Source: an uncultured Candidatus Saccharibacteria bacterium (GTDB taxonomy: Bacteria > Patescibacteriota > Dojkabacteria > J137). Taken from it: a DNA stretch of 64,000 bases. The stretch spans positions 6,937-70,936 of the forward strand of contig CAYPVU010000010.1 in NCBI GenBank assembly GCA_964414295.1, read 5' to 3'. Under the pieces are notes generated by a model. It was not told the origin of the DNA, did no database searches, and saw nothing but the letters and a program-made list of their open reading frames with translations. The position numbers and the translations under genes were made by a program. Positions 19,600 to 28,409 of the stretch are shown here, piece after piece (the first letter of the stretch is position 1; every line of letters starts with the position of its first letter).

Positions 19600-19668
19600 T
19601 CAAAATATATAACAATATTGTATTAATGATAATGTAGTGTGAATTAATAGTAAATAGTAATTAACTAC

Positions 19669-20316
19669 TTAAATCTTTATAACATTTGCTATCCTATTAG
19701 GTGCTTTTCCTATATTTCTCATCCCTTGTCCTACAGGATAGTAAGAAGGATAAACTTTAAACCCTTTTTCTTTTATCTTTAAATTCTCGTATTCATCTTC
19801 TAAGTAATTAGATACCTTGATTGGTTTATTAAGCAGTATGGAAGATACTTGTCCTCCAAATGTAATAATTTTCTTAGGGTTTATTGTATAAATTTCATCT
19901 AGTGTTTGATTTAAATAATCTTTAAATACTGAATTAGATAAATGGCTAGCATCTGCTTGCGTGCATTTTGCTAGATTTGTAATATAAATACTATTATTGC
20001 TAATGTAACTGTATAAGCTTAGTGCAAAATTGCTATCCCATTCATTAGGTTTTAAGTTAAGTATTTGGGAAGTTATTTGAATATCTATTAGGTTTAACTT
20101 GTTAAGAAGTTTCCAAATATTTTTAGTTCCTAGCCAGGGGGCTCTTAATCCTTTCCATTCTAGGTCCGAAGAAATATTTCTTGCGGTTGGATTCATAAAA
20201 ATGAGCATTAATTCCGGATTCTTTATACAGCCCGCTCCGTATATGGCGTGTAATGATTTACTTCCGTGCTTTAACTGTAGTTCATCTAATAAAGAAAAAT
20301 GTGCTGTTAGTTGCAT
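19669..20316 (-). CDS. Uracil-DNA glycosylase superfamily protein
   Basis: MLIFMNP, IYITNLAKC, EI..INPKKIITFG, YYP motifs in UDG-fold order. Confidence 0.7.
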   Translation of the reverse strand: MQLTAHFSLLDELQLKHGSKSLHAIYGAGCIKNPELMLIFMNPTARNISSDLEWKGLRAPWLGTKNIWKLLNKLNLIDIQITSQILNLKPNEWDSNFALSLYSYISNNSIYITNLAKCTQADASHLSNSVFKDYLNQTLDEIYTINPKKIITFGGQVSSILLNKPIKVSNYLEDEYENLKIKEKGFKVYPSYYPVGQGMRNIGKAPNRIANVIKI

Positions 20317-20346
20317 AATTTATTCTAACAGAGTGGAGTATTAAAT

Positions 20347-20418
20347 CTCCGCCTGCTGGATTCGAACCAGCGACCAATCGCTTAACAGGCGAGCGCTCTA
20401 CCGCTGAGCTAAGGCGGA
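20347..20418 (-). tRNA. tRNA-Asn (GTT), CCA not encoded
   Basis: Cloverleaf on minus strand: TCCGCCT..AGGCGGA acceptor, loop CTGTTAA, TTCGAAT T-loop. Confidence 0.95.
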
Positions 20419-20500
20419 ATATAATTGCTTAAAATAGCTTAGAGATTATATCCAAAACTATTATATCTGTCTATTAGTAAACAAAAAGAGTAGGGAAGGG

Positions 20501-20827
20501 TTAAATCCTTTTTCTAAAAGCCTTTAGCAATTCTTGAGAACTATCCTTTAATAATTCTAATTGCTTTATTATTTCTTTGCTAGCGTAAGCTATGTCTTGA
20601 ACTTTATCTTTATATTCTCTGCTTTTTGTATATCTATTCAAATTCTCACTGGCTTCTGAATATTCCTTCTCTATTTCTTTAGCAAATCTACCTGCTTTGT
20701 TTGAAAAGTCATTTGTAGCTGTTTTTAATTTCTTTTGATTTTCTTCGTCAGAAAGCAGAGTAGCTGCCCCTGCAGATAATGCAGCAATTGTTCCTAGTAT
20801 TAGTGTGGCTTTTAATAAATTCTTCAT
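20501..20827 (-). CDS. Small YtxH-like helical protein, divergent from lexA
   Basis: Likely start MKNLLKATLILG at 20827; hydrophobic N-terminus then amphipathic helices. Confidence 0.6.
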   Translation of the reverse strand: MKNLLKATLILGTIAALSAGAATLLSDEENQKKLKTATNDFSNKAGRFAKEIEKEYSEASENLNRYTKSREYKDKVQDIAYASKEIIKQLELLKDSSQELLKAFRKRI

Positions 20828-20889
20828 AATGATTATTTTACTAGTGTTACTAAAGAATCTCAATAAATATAAATTTTTTAAAAAAGGAT

Positions 20890-20956
20890 TTGACAAATGT
20901 TGGTATACCACGTATACCATATTAATACTTATATTTAACTTGGTATACCATGTTAA
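20890..20956 (+). promoter_or_regulatory. lexA promoter with repeated palindromic operator (candidate LexA box)
   Basis: TTGACA at 20890; TGGTATACCA at 20901-20910 and 20941-20950; degenerate copy CGTATACCA at 20911-20919. Confidence 0.7.
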
Positions 20957-21585
20957 CTCAAAAACAACAAAATGTTTTAAATACAATTCAATCTTACATC
21001 CAAGAGAACGATCAACCACCTACCTTGGCAGAACTAAGTGAGATGCTTGGTATTAAAACTAAAAGAGGAGTAGTAAAGCATTTAGATGCGCTTGAGAAAA
21101 AGGGCTATCTATATAGAACCAGTAAGCCAAGAGGTATAGTTTTAACCTTTGGTGAAAGCTTGTATTCGGATACCCTTAGTGTACCAGTTGTAGGATTTGC
21201 AAATGCAGGTAGACCTTTAGTGTTTGCTGAAGAAGATATTATTGGTTCTATAAAAATAGATAGGGATCTTATTAAAAACAGTAGAAAAACCTTTGCTTTA
21301 GTAGTAAAAGGAGATTCAATGAATCTAAGGCAAGTAAATAAAGTTCCAATTCTAGATAGAAATTATGTAATAGTAGAAAAAGATACCTCAATAGAAGATG
21401 GAGATGTAGTTTTGGCGGTAGTAGATAATGCAGCAACTATAAAAACTTTTAAAAGAAGTCAAAATTCAGTGATTTTATATCCCGAAAGTAGTAATCCTGT
21501 CCACACTCCAATATATTTAAAGGACGATGTAGCGGGGTTCATTAACGGTAAAGTGATCGCGGTTTTAGAGAACCCAATGTTTTAA
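20950..21585 (+). CDS. lexA: SOS repressor LexA
   Basis: wHTH (PPTLAELSE..HLDALEKKGYL), cleavage site ANAG-RP, catalytic GDSM Ser and TIK Lys. Confidence 0.95.
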   Translation: MLTQKQQNVLNTIQSYIQENDQPPTLAELSEMLGIKTKRGVVKHLDALEKKGYLYRTSKPRGIVLTFGESLYSDTLSVPVVGFANAGRPLVFAEEDIIGSIKIDRDLIKNSRKTFALVVKGDSMNLRQVNKVPILDRNYVIVEKDTSIEDGDVVLAVVDNAATIKTFKRSQNSVILYPESSNPVHTPIYLKDDVAGFINGKVIAVLENPMF

Positions 21586-21685
21586 CTGATATTTTACATT
21601 TCTGTTACGTTAGTATTAATCTTCTTATTTATTATAAAAATAGGTAAGAATTAATAAAATTAATTTAATTTTTATTGTAAATAGT

Positions 21686-21790
21686 ATGACAAATGTAGAC
21701 TACAAAAGAGCAGTTGAACTAAGAAAAAAGACAATAAGAGAGCATTTGGCAGTATTTGCAGCTAGGATTATTGGCGTTCAATACATCTAA
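21686..21790 (+). CDS. Putative 34-aa small protein MTNVDYKRAVELRKKTIREHLAVFAARIIGVQYI
   Basis: ATG..TAA ORF below the ORF-track cutoff, AT-rich leader, terminator ~50 nt downstream. Confidence 0.45.
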   Translation: MTNVDYKRAVELRKKTIREHLAVFAARIIGVQYI

Positions 21791-21837
21791 TAGTTACATT
21801 CAAAGTTAATCAAAGTGCTTTTTTAATTATTTTTTCT

Positions 21838-21865
21838 AGGGCCCGAATATTCGGGCCTTTTTTTT
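21838..21865 (+). terminator. Rho-independent terminator
   Basis: AGGGCCCGAA-TA-TTCGGGCCT followed by T-tract. Confidence 0.75.
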
Positions 21866-22319
21866 ATTTCTTAAATAAACCTCTTACTTTTGATCTTTTT
21901 ACAGATAATACAACAATTAGATTAATTGTAATAAAAGCACATAAAGATAAAAATGGAATTGTTATAAAGCCTAAGTATGCAATATCTACAACATCACATG
22001 GTTTTGCAGCGGAAGTACAAGCTGCAAATTCTTTAAATAATCCAAATGTTTGCATTAAATAATGATAGGTAGCGAATAGTAATCCAGGTAAAGATAAAGA
22101 AAGTATTAGTAATTTTTGTAGTCTAATTTTAAAAACTAAAGATGCAGTGGTTAAAAAGAATAATGGGTACATAAATATTCTTTGCCACCAACATAAATAA
22201 CAAGGTTCTATTAATAAAACATCACTAAAATATAGACTTCCTAATACAGAAGAAAAGGAAATCATAAAAATTAAAAGAGTGTAGTTATTTTCTAAAAAGT
22301 TTTGGACTTTATTAATCAT
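21864..22319 (-). CDS. Disulfide bond formation protein, DsbB/BdbC family
   Basis: GSLYFS..EPCYLCWWQRIFMYP, second Cys pair, GFITIPFLSL. Confidence 0.9.
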   Translation of the reverse strand: MINKVQNFLENNYTLLIFMISFSSVLGSLYFSDVLLIEPCYLCWWQRIFMYPLFFLTTASLVFKIRLQKLLILSLSLPGLLFATYHYLMQTFGLFKEFAACTSAAKPCDVVDIAYLGFITIPFLSLCAFITINLIVVLSVKRSKVRGLFKK

Positions 22320-22327
22320 ATAAAAAT

Positions 22328-22672
22328 TTAATATTTAGAATTTTTTTTTAAAGAATCAATAATTAAGTATAAAAGAATAATAATACAAATCCCCATTAAA
22401 GCAATTCCAAATAGTGCCAAAGTGCCGCTTTGTCCCTCTAGTACTACTTTTTGATTGATAAAAGGAATTAAAAGAGTACTAGGTTCCTGTTTTTCTATCG
22501 AAATTCCTGCAACCTGTCCAGTTGTAGTTTTTATATTGCTAATTGTACTTTGATTAATTAAATATATAGGAATTACAAAAGAAATTGTTATCCCTATAAA
22601 GCTTGCAATTAAACTTACTAAATTAATTTCTATTTTTACTTTTGGCAGTTTTGAATAAATGCTTTCTTCCAT
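22328..22672 (-). CDS. Hypothetical two-TM membrane protein
   Basis: Two hydrophobic helices flanking a GQVAG-containing loop; adjacent to mltG. Confidence 0.65.
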   Translation of the reverse strand: MEESIYSKLPKVKIEINLVSLIASFIGITISFVIPIYLINQSTISNIKTTTGQVAGISIEKQEPSTLLIPFINQKVVLEGQSGTLALFGIALMGICIIILLYLIIDSLKKNSKY

Positions 22673-23761
22673 TTATGGATATAAAGAAATATTTAGTAAG
22701 TGTTCATTGTATGTTTCTGAAAAGTAAATGTTTGCAGCTTTGTCGTGTCTAAAGTAATAATAAGATGACTCTTTTGGATAGATAGCTGCATATATAGATT
22801 GAATGCCTGGACTATTAATTGGAGTTGGAACTAATCCAGCATATTTATATGAATTATAAGGATTGTCTATTTGTGTTTCCTCAATTGTTGATCTTGGGTC
22901 ATCTCTTCTAGTAAAAAAATTAATTGTTGCATCAGACTGTAAAGGCATACCATCTGCAATTCTATTGTGGAATACACTTGAAATCATTTGTCTATCATCG
23001 CTCCCACCGGATTCTTTATCAATAATTGAAGCTAGTATTAATGCATCATAAAAGGTTGGTGTTTCTGGAGTAAAATTATAGTCTTCTAAATTAATATTAT
23101 TCTCTTCTAATCTTTTTATTAATGTTTCAATTTGTTTTTCAATTACAAATTGTGCGGTAGTATCTCCATCGAAGTTATAAGTATCGGGATATAGGAATCC
23201 AATCAATGGCTTATCCGCAGGTTTATGTTGGTTTATAAAGGTTTGTATATTATTACTAAAAATATAATTCTCAGGATTTTCTGCAATGTCTATATATTCA
23301 TTTGCAGAAAACTTTTTCATTTCACCTACTTCATTAAATTTTTCATCAATAATAGCAGCTGCTTGATCGGGTCTTAGTGCCTCTCTAAGAGTTACCCATA
23401 TATTCTTTTTAAATACCCCAGTTTCTAACTGAGCTATCAATTTATCAAGTGTAAGATTTTGAGGAATATCATAGGTACCTGGCTTTATGTTTGCGGATAC
23501 ATCATTAAGTCTTAAATATACCTTTAAAGCTAACTCACTATTTATTAATCCTTCTTTTTCTAATTTAGGAGCAATAGAAGTTAGATTTTCACCCTCATTA
23601 ATTGTAAACGATACTGTTTCAGCTTCTTGCGTAGGTGGATTATTAATTGCACCTGTATACCAATTAAAAGCAATAAATCCTGCAATAGAAACTAAAATAA
23701 GGATAATTAGTATTAGCGATAAAATCGTTTTTATTGGATTATGTTGTCTTTCACCTCTCAT
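22673..23761 (-). CDS. mltG: Endolytic transglycosylase MltG (YceG)
   Basis: N-terminal TM, GFLYPDTY, LASIIDKE, FHNRI..MPLQSDAT, PYNSY..GL.PTPINSPG. Confidence 0.95.
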   Translation of the reverse strand: MRGERQHNPIKTILSLILIILILVSIAGFIAFNWYTGAINNPPTQEAETVSFTINEGENLTSIAPKLEKEGLINSELALKVYLRLNDVSANIKPGTYDIPQNLTLDKLIAQLETGVFKKNIWVTLREALRPDQAAAIIDEKFNEVGEMKKFSANEYIDIAENPENYIFSNNIQTFINQHKPADKPLIGFLYPDTYNFDGDTTAQFVIEKQIETLIKRLEENNINLEDYNFTPETPTFYDALILASIIDKESGGSDDRQMISSVFHNRIADGMPLQSDATINFFTRRDDPRSTIEETQIDNPYNSYKYAGLVPTPINSPGIQSIYAAIYPKESSYYYFRHDKAANIYFSETYNEHLLNISLYP

Positions 23762-24153
23762 TATATATTCTTAAAATCTAAATATTCCTGAAGTATTATT
23801 CTAGCAGATTGACTGTCTAAATTCCCTTTTCTATTATCCTTAACTATTTTGCCTGCCATTTTACTAGTCATTACTTCATTCCAAAATTTTGTAGATACTC
23901 TATACCTTTCTTCTAGATCTAAAGCAAAGTCTTTAATTTGATTAGACATTTGAGTAGGTTTTTCCTCATGACCTAAAGGCAGACCTAATAAAATAGTATT
24001 TGGCGAATATTTTTTAATTAGCTTTCCTATTTCTTCTATTAATTCTTCATAGGAAGTGTAAACTATTGCATCTACTGCAAGTGCAATACTTTCTGTATCT
24101 TCAGATATCGCTACCCCAACTCTTTTTGTTCCATAATCTAATGCAATTATCAT
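23761..24153 (-). CDS. ruvX: YqgF/RuvX RNase H-like nuclease (pre-16S maturation)
   Basis: IALDYGTKRVGVAIS, LLGLP, WNEVMTS, DSQSARIILQEYL. Confidence 0.93.
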   Translation of the reverse strand: MIIALDYGTKRVGVAISEDTESIALAVDAIVYTSYEELIEEIGKLIKKYSPNTILLGLPLGHEEKPTQMSNQIKDFALDLEERYRVSTKFWNEVMTSKMAGKIVKDNRKGNLDSQSARIILQEYLDFKNI

Positions 24154-24211
24154 GATAAATCTTTGTAGAAACTTTTGTTTAATATTGCTATTAATATAAC
24201 ATAAAAGCCTA

Positions 24212-24928
24212 ATGAGCCTTGATATTTTGAATTTTATTAATAATATAGTTTTACCTTCCTACTGTATAGTTTGCGGCAATTACGGACTATATATATGCCG
24301 AAACTGTATGTATAAATATTTCAATATAAATTTTTATAATATTTGCCACGTTTGCGGAGTTTCAACTTATAAATTAAATTTACACAAAGAATGTGAAGAT
24401 AGTACAAATTTAGATAAATTATTATTCTTTTGTGAATATAATTGGGCTTCAAAAAAGATTATAGAAGAGGTCAAATATAGAGGTAGTTATTCTATTGCAA
24501 AGGAAGTTGCTGATCATATGGTTAAATACTTTAGATTTAAACAAAAGGATTATTCGCCCTCGGAGTTTTTAATAACTTGCGTTCCATCTCATAAATATAA
24601 GTTTAATGAGAGAGGATTTAATCAATCAGAATTACTTGCAAAAGAAATTGCTTTGCAATTAAATATTGAATTTGCCGATTTGTTATCTAAAACGCAAAAT
24701 ACTCAAAAGCAGGCTGGGGCATCAAAAACTAAAAGAGTAATAAACTTAGGCAACTTTAAAATTAAAAAGATTATTAAAAATAGAATTGTAATTATTATTG
24801 ATGATGTCCACACTACAGGTAGCACACTTAATAATTGTGCAGCAGAACTAAAAAGAAATGGTATAGAAATTGTTTGGGGCTTTACTTTTGCTAAGTCCCT
24901 AAACTATTCTCAGGTAAGTATAAATTAA
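24212..24928 (+). CDS. comF: ComF family competence protein (Zn ribbon + PRTase)
   Basis: CxxC repeats, VP..RGFNQSELLA, IIIDDVHTTGSTL. Confidence 0.9.
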   Translation: MSLDILNFINNIVLPSYCIVCGNYGLYICRNCMYKYFNINFYNICHVCGVSTYKLNLHKECEDSTNLDKLLFFCEYNWASKKIIEEVKYRGSYSIAKEVADHMVKYFRFKQKDYSPSEFLITCVPSHKYKFNERGFNQSELLAKEIALQLNIEFADLLSKTQNTQKQAGASKTKRVINLGNFKIKKIIKNRIVIIIDDVHTTGSTLNNCAAELKRNGIEIVWGFTFAKSLNYSQVSIN

Positions 24929-24935
24929 CGTTTTA

Positions 24936-24944
24936 TGGTATAAT
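24936..24944 (+). promoter_or_regulatory. Extended -10 promoter of ssrA
   Basis: TG-G-TATAAT ~40 nt upstream of the tmRNA 5' end. Confidence 0.55.
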
Positions 24945-24984
24945 TATTTAGGCATTCGCTTATAGAATAGTATCTATTTTGTAA

Positions 24985-25441
24985 GGGGATGCTTATTAGA
25001 CAGTAAACCTGCATATTAAAAATCAAGCCGGAATTTAGATTATTTGTTCCGTAAAAATAAGTAATCACCTTGAATAAAGGTAACTTGACTAAACGTCAAT
25101 CAAATTAAAAATACTTTCTCTAATGCAGTTGCAAACGTAAAGGCAGCTTTTGCTCCTTCTTACGCTTTAGCATTTGCTTAATTTAGAGTAAGTAGTTAAT
25201 CGAAAAAAAGAGTAGATTAACCACTTATTAGTTCTTTTTTCAGTGGGAATTATTAAGTGTCACACAGCTGAAATGCAGAATTTATTTTTAGTTTATGAAT
25301 AAATTTCAAGATTAAATAAACTGGAGTATGTAATTTTTGTAAGTTTTAATCGACATGCTTTTAATAAAAAACTTAATCTAAGCTTGTAAAAATTTTTAAT
25401 GTGAGATTTGTTGGACAGGGGATAACCCCTCATCTCCACCA
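24985..25441 (+). ncRNA. ssrA: tmRNA (transfer-messenger RNA)
   Basis: Acceptor stem GGGGATG / CATCTCC-ACCA with G3-U alanine wobble; internal tag ORF 25095-25181 VNQIKNTFSNAVANVKAAFAPSYALAFA*; smpB present in window. Confidence 0.9.
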
Positions 25442-25480
25442 AAAGGGTATCTTTAATTAATTTAAAGGTACCCTTTTTTT
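25442..25480 (+). terminator. Terminator after ssrA
   Basis: AAAGGGTATCTTTAA..TTAAAGGTACCCTTTTTTT. Confidence 0.7.
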
Positions 25481-25515
25481 CTGCTATCATTGTAAGCATA
25501 TAAAATAATAATTCT

Positions 25516-26370
25516 ATGGATATAACAATAACTCTTCTGTACCAGCCAATATTTAACTTGATGGTAATTTTTTACCGTTTTTTTAGTGAGAATCTAGGTA
25601 TTGCAATTATATTAATCGCTTTACTGTCAAGAATAATAACTATTCCTATTATCATTAAACAAAGACAGTCAATGGTTAAAAGTAGGGAATTCTCAGAGAA
25701 GATGAAATCTATTAAAGAAAAGCATAAGAATAATAAGGAGCAGCAAGATAAAGAATTGATGGCTTTACAATCTGAATACCTACCTGGACAATTGGCTGGC
25801 TGTTTACCAATAATCTTGCAGTTAATATTTTTTGTTAATGTCTACAATGTAATTGTTAATTTAGTAACAAAGGGTCCTTCTGCATTTAATTCTTTAGCAT
25901 ACCCTTTTGTTGCACAGTTTCCAGAAGGGGCTCAGTTAAATTATTCATTCTTAGGTATTTTTGATCTAAGTAAATTCCCTGCTGAATTTGCAAGTTCTGG
26001 AGCATCGTTTATTCCATATTTAATTCTTATGATTTTAGTAGGAATAACTCAGTTCTACTCAATGAGAATAACTATGAATATGGGTAAGGCTAATCAGCCT
26101 ACACCAGAAAAGAAAAAGGATAGTAAGAACAATAAAAATAATCCAGCCAGTGAGGATTTTAATGAGATTTTACAACAATCAACACAGCAAACAATGCTTT
26201 TATTCCCAATCTTGTATACCTTCCTTTCTTATAATTTTCAGACAGGATTATCTTTATACTGGATTGTACAGAGCGGTTTTGTTATAATTCAACAGCTTTT
26301 TATTGCCTGGCTTGATAAAAGGAAGACCTTAAAGCAGGATTCAGTTGCAGTAGAAGTAAAAACTAAATAA
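25516..26370 (+). CDS. yidC: Membrane protein insertase YidC/Oxa1
   Basis: LGIAIILIALLSR, helical hairpin, GCLPIILQL, GLSLYWIVQ..F.IIQQ. Confidence 0.92.
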   Translation: MDITITLLYQPIFNLMVIFYRFFSENLGIAIILIALLSRIITIPIIIKQRQSMVKSREFSEKMKSIKEKHKNNKEQQDKELMALQSEYLPGQLAGCLPIILQLIFFVNVYNVIVNLVTKGPSAFNSLAYPFVAQFPEGAQLNYSFLGIFDLSKFPAEFASSGASFIPYLILMILVGITQFYSMRITMNMGKANQPTPEKKKDSKNNKNNPASEDFNEILQQSTQQTMLLFPILYTFLSYNFQTGLSLYWIVQSGFVIIQQLFIAWLDKRKTLKQDSVAVEVKTK

Positions 26371-26391
26371 TTTTATTTTAATAATTTTAGT

Positions 26392-27030
26392 ATGAAGCTA
26401 GAAGCACAAAAAAGGGAGATAACCGGGAAAAAGGTGAAAAACCTAAGAAGCGAAGGCTTAGTTCCTGCAACAGTTTTCGGCCCTAAAAAACCATCCGAAA
26501 ACATCCAAATTAATAAAAAAGATTTTATAAAACTTTTTAAAAAGGTTGGATACAACAAATTCTTTGATTTATTAGTAGCTGAAGATAAACCAGCAAAGGT
26601 ACTTGTAAAAGAAATTCAAAAACACCCAGTTAACGATAATTTAATTAGCGTTGGTTTATACCAGGTTGCTGAGGACAGAAAGATTACAGTTGAAGTCCCA
26701 GTTGAATTTGTAGGAGAATCCCCAGCTGTAAAACAGAATTTAGGATTCTTAATTACACAAATGGATACTATTGCTGTTAACTGTTTTCCTAAAGACTTGC
26801 CTAGTATATTTACTGTGGATATTGCAGTTTTAGCAAATCCTGGAGATGCTGTAACAGTTGGTGATATTAAATTACCAGAAGATGTTACTTTAGATAGTGC
26901 AATGGATGCTACATCTGCTTTAGTATACATTGGTACAGCTCAAAAAGAAGAGGAAGCTGCTCCTGCTGAAGTTCCTGCAGAAGGCGCTGCGCCAACAGAA
27001 AATGCTGGTGAAGCACAAAAATCAGAATAA
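26392..27030 (+). CDS. rplY: 50S ribosomal protein L25/Ctc
   Basis: GKKVKNLRSEGLVPATVFG, KEIQKHPV, VEVPVEFVGESPAVK. Confidence 0.95.
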   Translation: MKLEAQKREITGKKVKNLRSEGLVPATVFGPKKPSENIQINKKDFIKLFKKVGYNKFFDLLVAEDKPAKVLVKEIQKHPVNDNLISVGLYQVAEDRKITVEVPVEFVGESPAVKQNLGFLITQMDTIAVNCFPKDLPSIFTVDIAVLANPGDAVTVGDIKLPEDVTLDSAMDATSALVYIGTAQKEEEAAPAEVPAEGAAPTENAGEAQKSE

Positions 27031-27050
27031 GATTTTAAACTAAAATTTTT

Positions 27051-27079
27051 AAGGCCCGCTTTCGCGGGCCTTTCTTTTT
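27051..27079 (+). terminator. Rho-independent terminator
   Basis: AAGGCCCGC-TTTC-GCGGGCCTT plus T-tract. Confidence 0.9.
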
Positions 27080-27136
27080 CTTTGAAATCTATTTGCTTTG
27101 TATGTAATAATGTTAATGATTATTAAGCTTATATAA

Positions 27137-28384
27137 ATGAATCAGGCTTTGCCTTTACAAAATTCCAATCCAGTTAACACGCCAATGCAGCCTCAGCAGG
27201 TTCCTTTGCAGCCTCCACAGACACCAGTTTCGTCTTCTGTTCCCGCTAGTCAGCCAGCTGCTTACGATATTGATGTTTATGACGAAATTTCGGTTTTAAA
27301 AAAGAAGATAGAAGAGGCAAAATTACCTCAGCAATTAAAGGAAAAAGCTCAGGGTATGATCTTAAGACTTATTAAGATGTCTCAAAAAGGAAACTTTTCT
27401 GCTGAATTTGAACCAGTTTCTGAATATATAAACTGGATTACTAAGCTTCCATTTGGAGAATATACTACAGATAACATTGAGATTGATGATGTTAAATCTA
27501 CGCTAGATAAATATAATTATGGTTTAGAACCAGTTAAAAATAGAATTTTAGAATATCTTGCAGTTTTAAAATTACAAAATAAAACTAATTTACCTGAAGG
27601 TGCAGGTGAAATGGATGTTTCCGCAGAAATGATGAGGTTGCAGGGTAACTCTTCTCATGCTCCAATCTTATGTTTTGTAGGTATTCAAGGAGTTGGTAAG
27701 ACTTCTATGGCAAAAGCAATTGCTAATGCTTTAAATAGAAAATTTATGAGATTGGCATTAGGAGGTATGGGGAATGTAACAGAAATAAGAGGTATTCCAA
27801 GAGGTAATGTAGATGCTGAGCCAGGGCAAATTGTAAAATCTTTAATTAGAACAGGAGTGATGAATCCATTAATCTTATTGGATGAAATTGATAAAACAAG
27901 TGCGCAGAGCGGTGTAAGAACAGATGTTATGGCTGCTTTACTCGAAATCTTAGATCCTGAGCAAAATTCTACTTTTATGGATAAATATCTAGATTATCCA
28001 CTAGATTTATCTCAGTGTATTTTTATTTGTACGGCAAATAACTTGGGAGGTATTACTGCGGCTCTGTTAGACCGTTTAGAAATAATTCGTTTTGGTAGTT
28101 ATACAGATAACGATAAGGTTATGATTGCAAGAAATTATTTATTGCCAAAAGTTAGGGAAGCTACCGGATTAGGTGAAGACCAGCTTGCTTTTGCAGAAGA
28201 TGTTTGGCCAATGGTAATTAGGCCATTAGGTTTTGATGCTGGAGTAAGGCAGTTAGAAAGAACTTTAACTGAACTAGCTAGAAAAGTTGCATTACAAATT
28301 GTTAGAGGAACAGTTAAAAGTGTTCAAATAACAAAAGAAAATTTTAGAGAGTACATTCCAGAAGATATTGGAGTTTACTCATAA
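27137..28384 (+). CDS. Lon-type AAA+ ATPase lacking the C-terminal S16 protease domain
   Basis: YINWITKLP, YGLEPVKNRILEYLAV, GIQGVGKTS, NPLILLDEIDK, ALLEILDPEQN..F.D.Y, LLDRLEII, GVRQLER; stops right after the alpha domain. Confidence 0.88.
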   Translation: MNQALPLQNSNPVNTPMQPQQVPLQPPQTPVSSSVPASQPAAYDIDVYDEISVLKKKIEEAKLPQQLKEKAQGMILRLIKMSQKGNFSAEFEPVSEYINWITKLPFGEYTTDNIEIDDVKSTLDKYNYGLEPVKNRILEYLAVLKLQNKTNLPEGAGEMDVSAEMMRLQGNSSHAPILCFVGIQGVGKTSMAKAIANALNRKFMRLALGGMGNVTEIRGIPRGNVDAEPGQIVKSLIRTGVMNPLILLDEIDKTSAQSGVRTDVMAALLEILDPEQNSTFMDKYLDYPLDLSQCIFICTANNLGGITAALLDRLEIIRFGSYTDNDKVMIARNYLLPKVREATGLGEDQLAFAEDVWPMVIRPLGFDAGVRQLERTLTELARKVALQIVRGTVKSVQITKENFREYIPEDIGVYS

Positions 28385-28409
28385 AAAAAGAGGCTTTCGC
28401 CTCTTTTTT
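28383..28409. terminator. Bidirectional terminator
   Basis: AAAAAAAGAGGC-TTTC-GCCTCTTTTTT. Confidence 0.85.

Noticed and set aside
20828-21041. N-terminal extension of ORF 20501-21019 and ORF 20805-21041
   Set aside because: They run through the lexA promoter and start; the plausible start is ATG 20827
25293-25499. 68-aa minus-strand ORF
   Set aside because: Antisense to the tmRNA 3' end and its terminator
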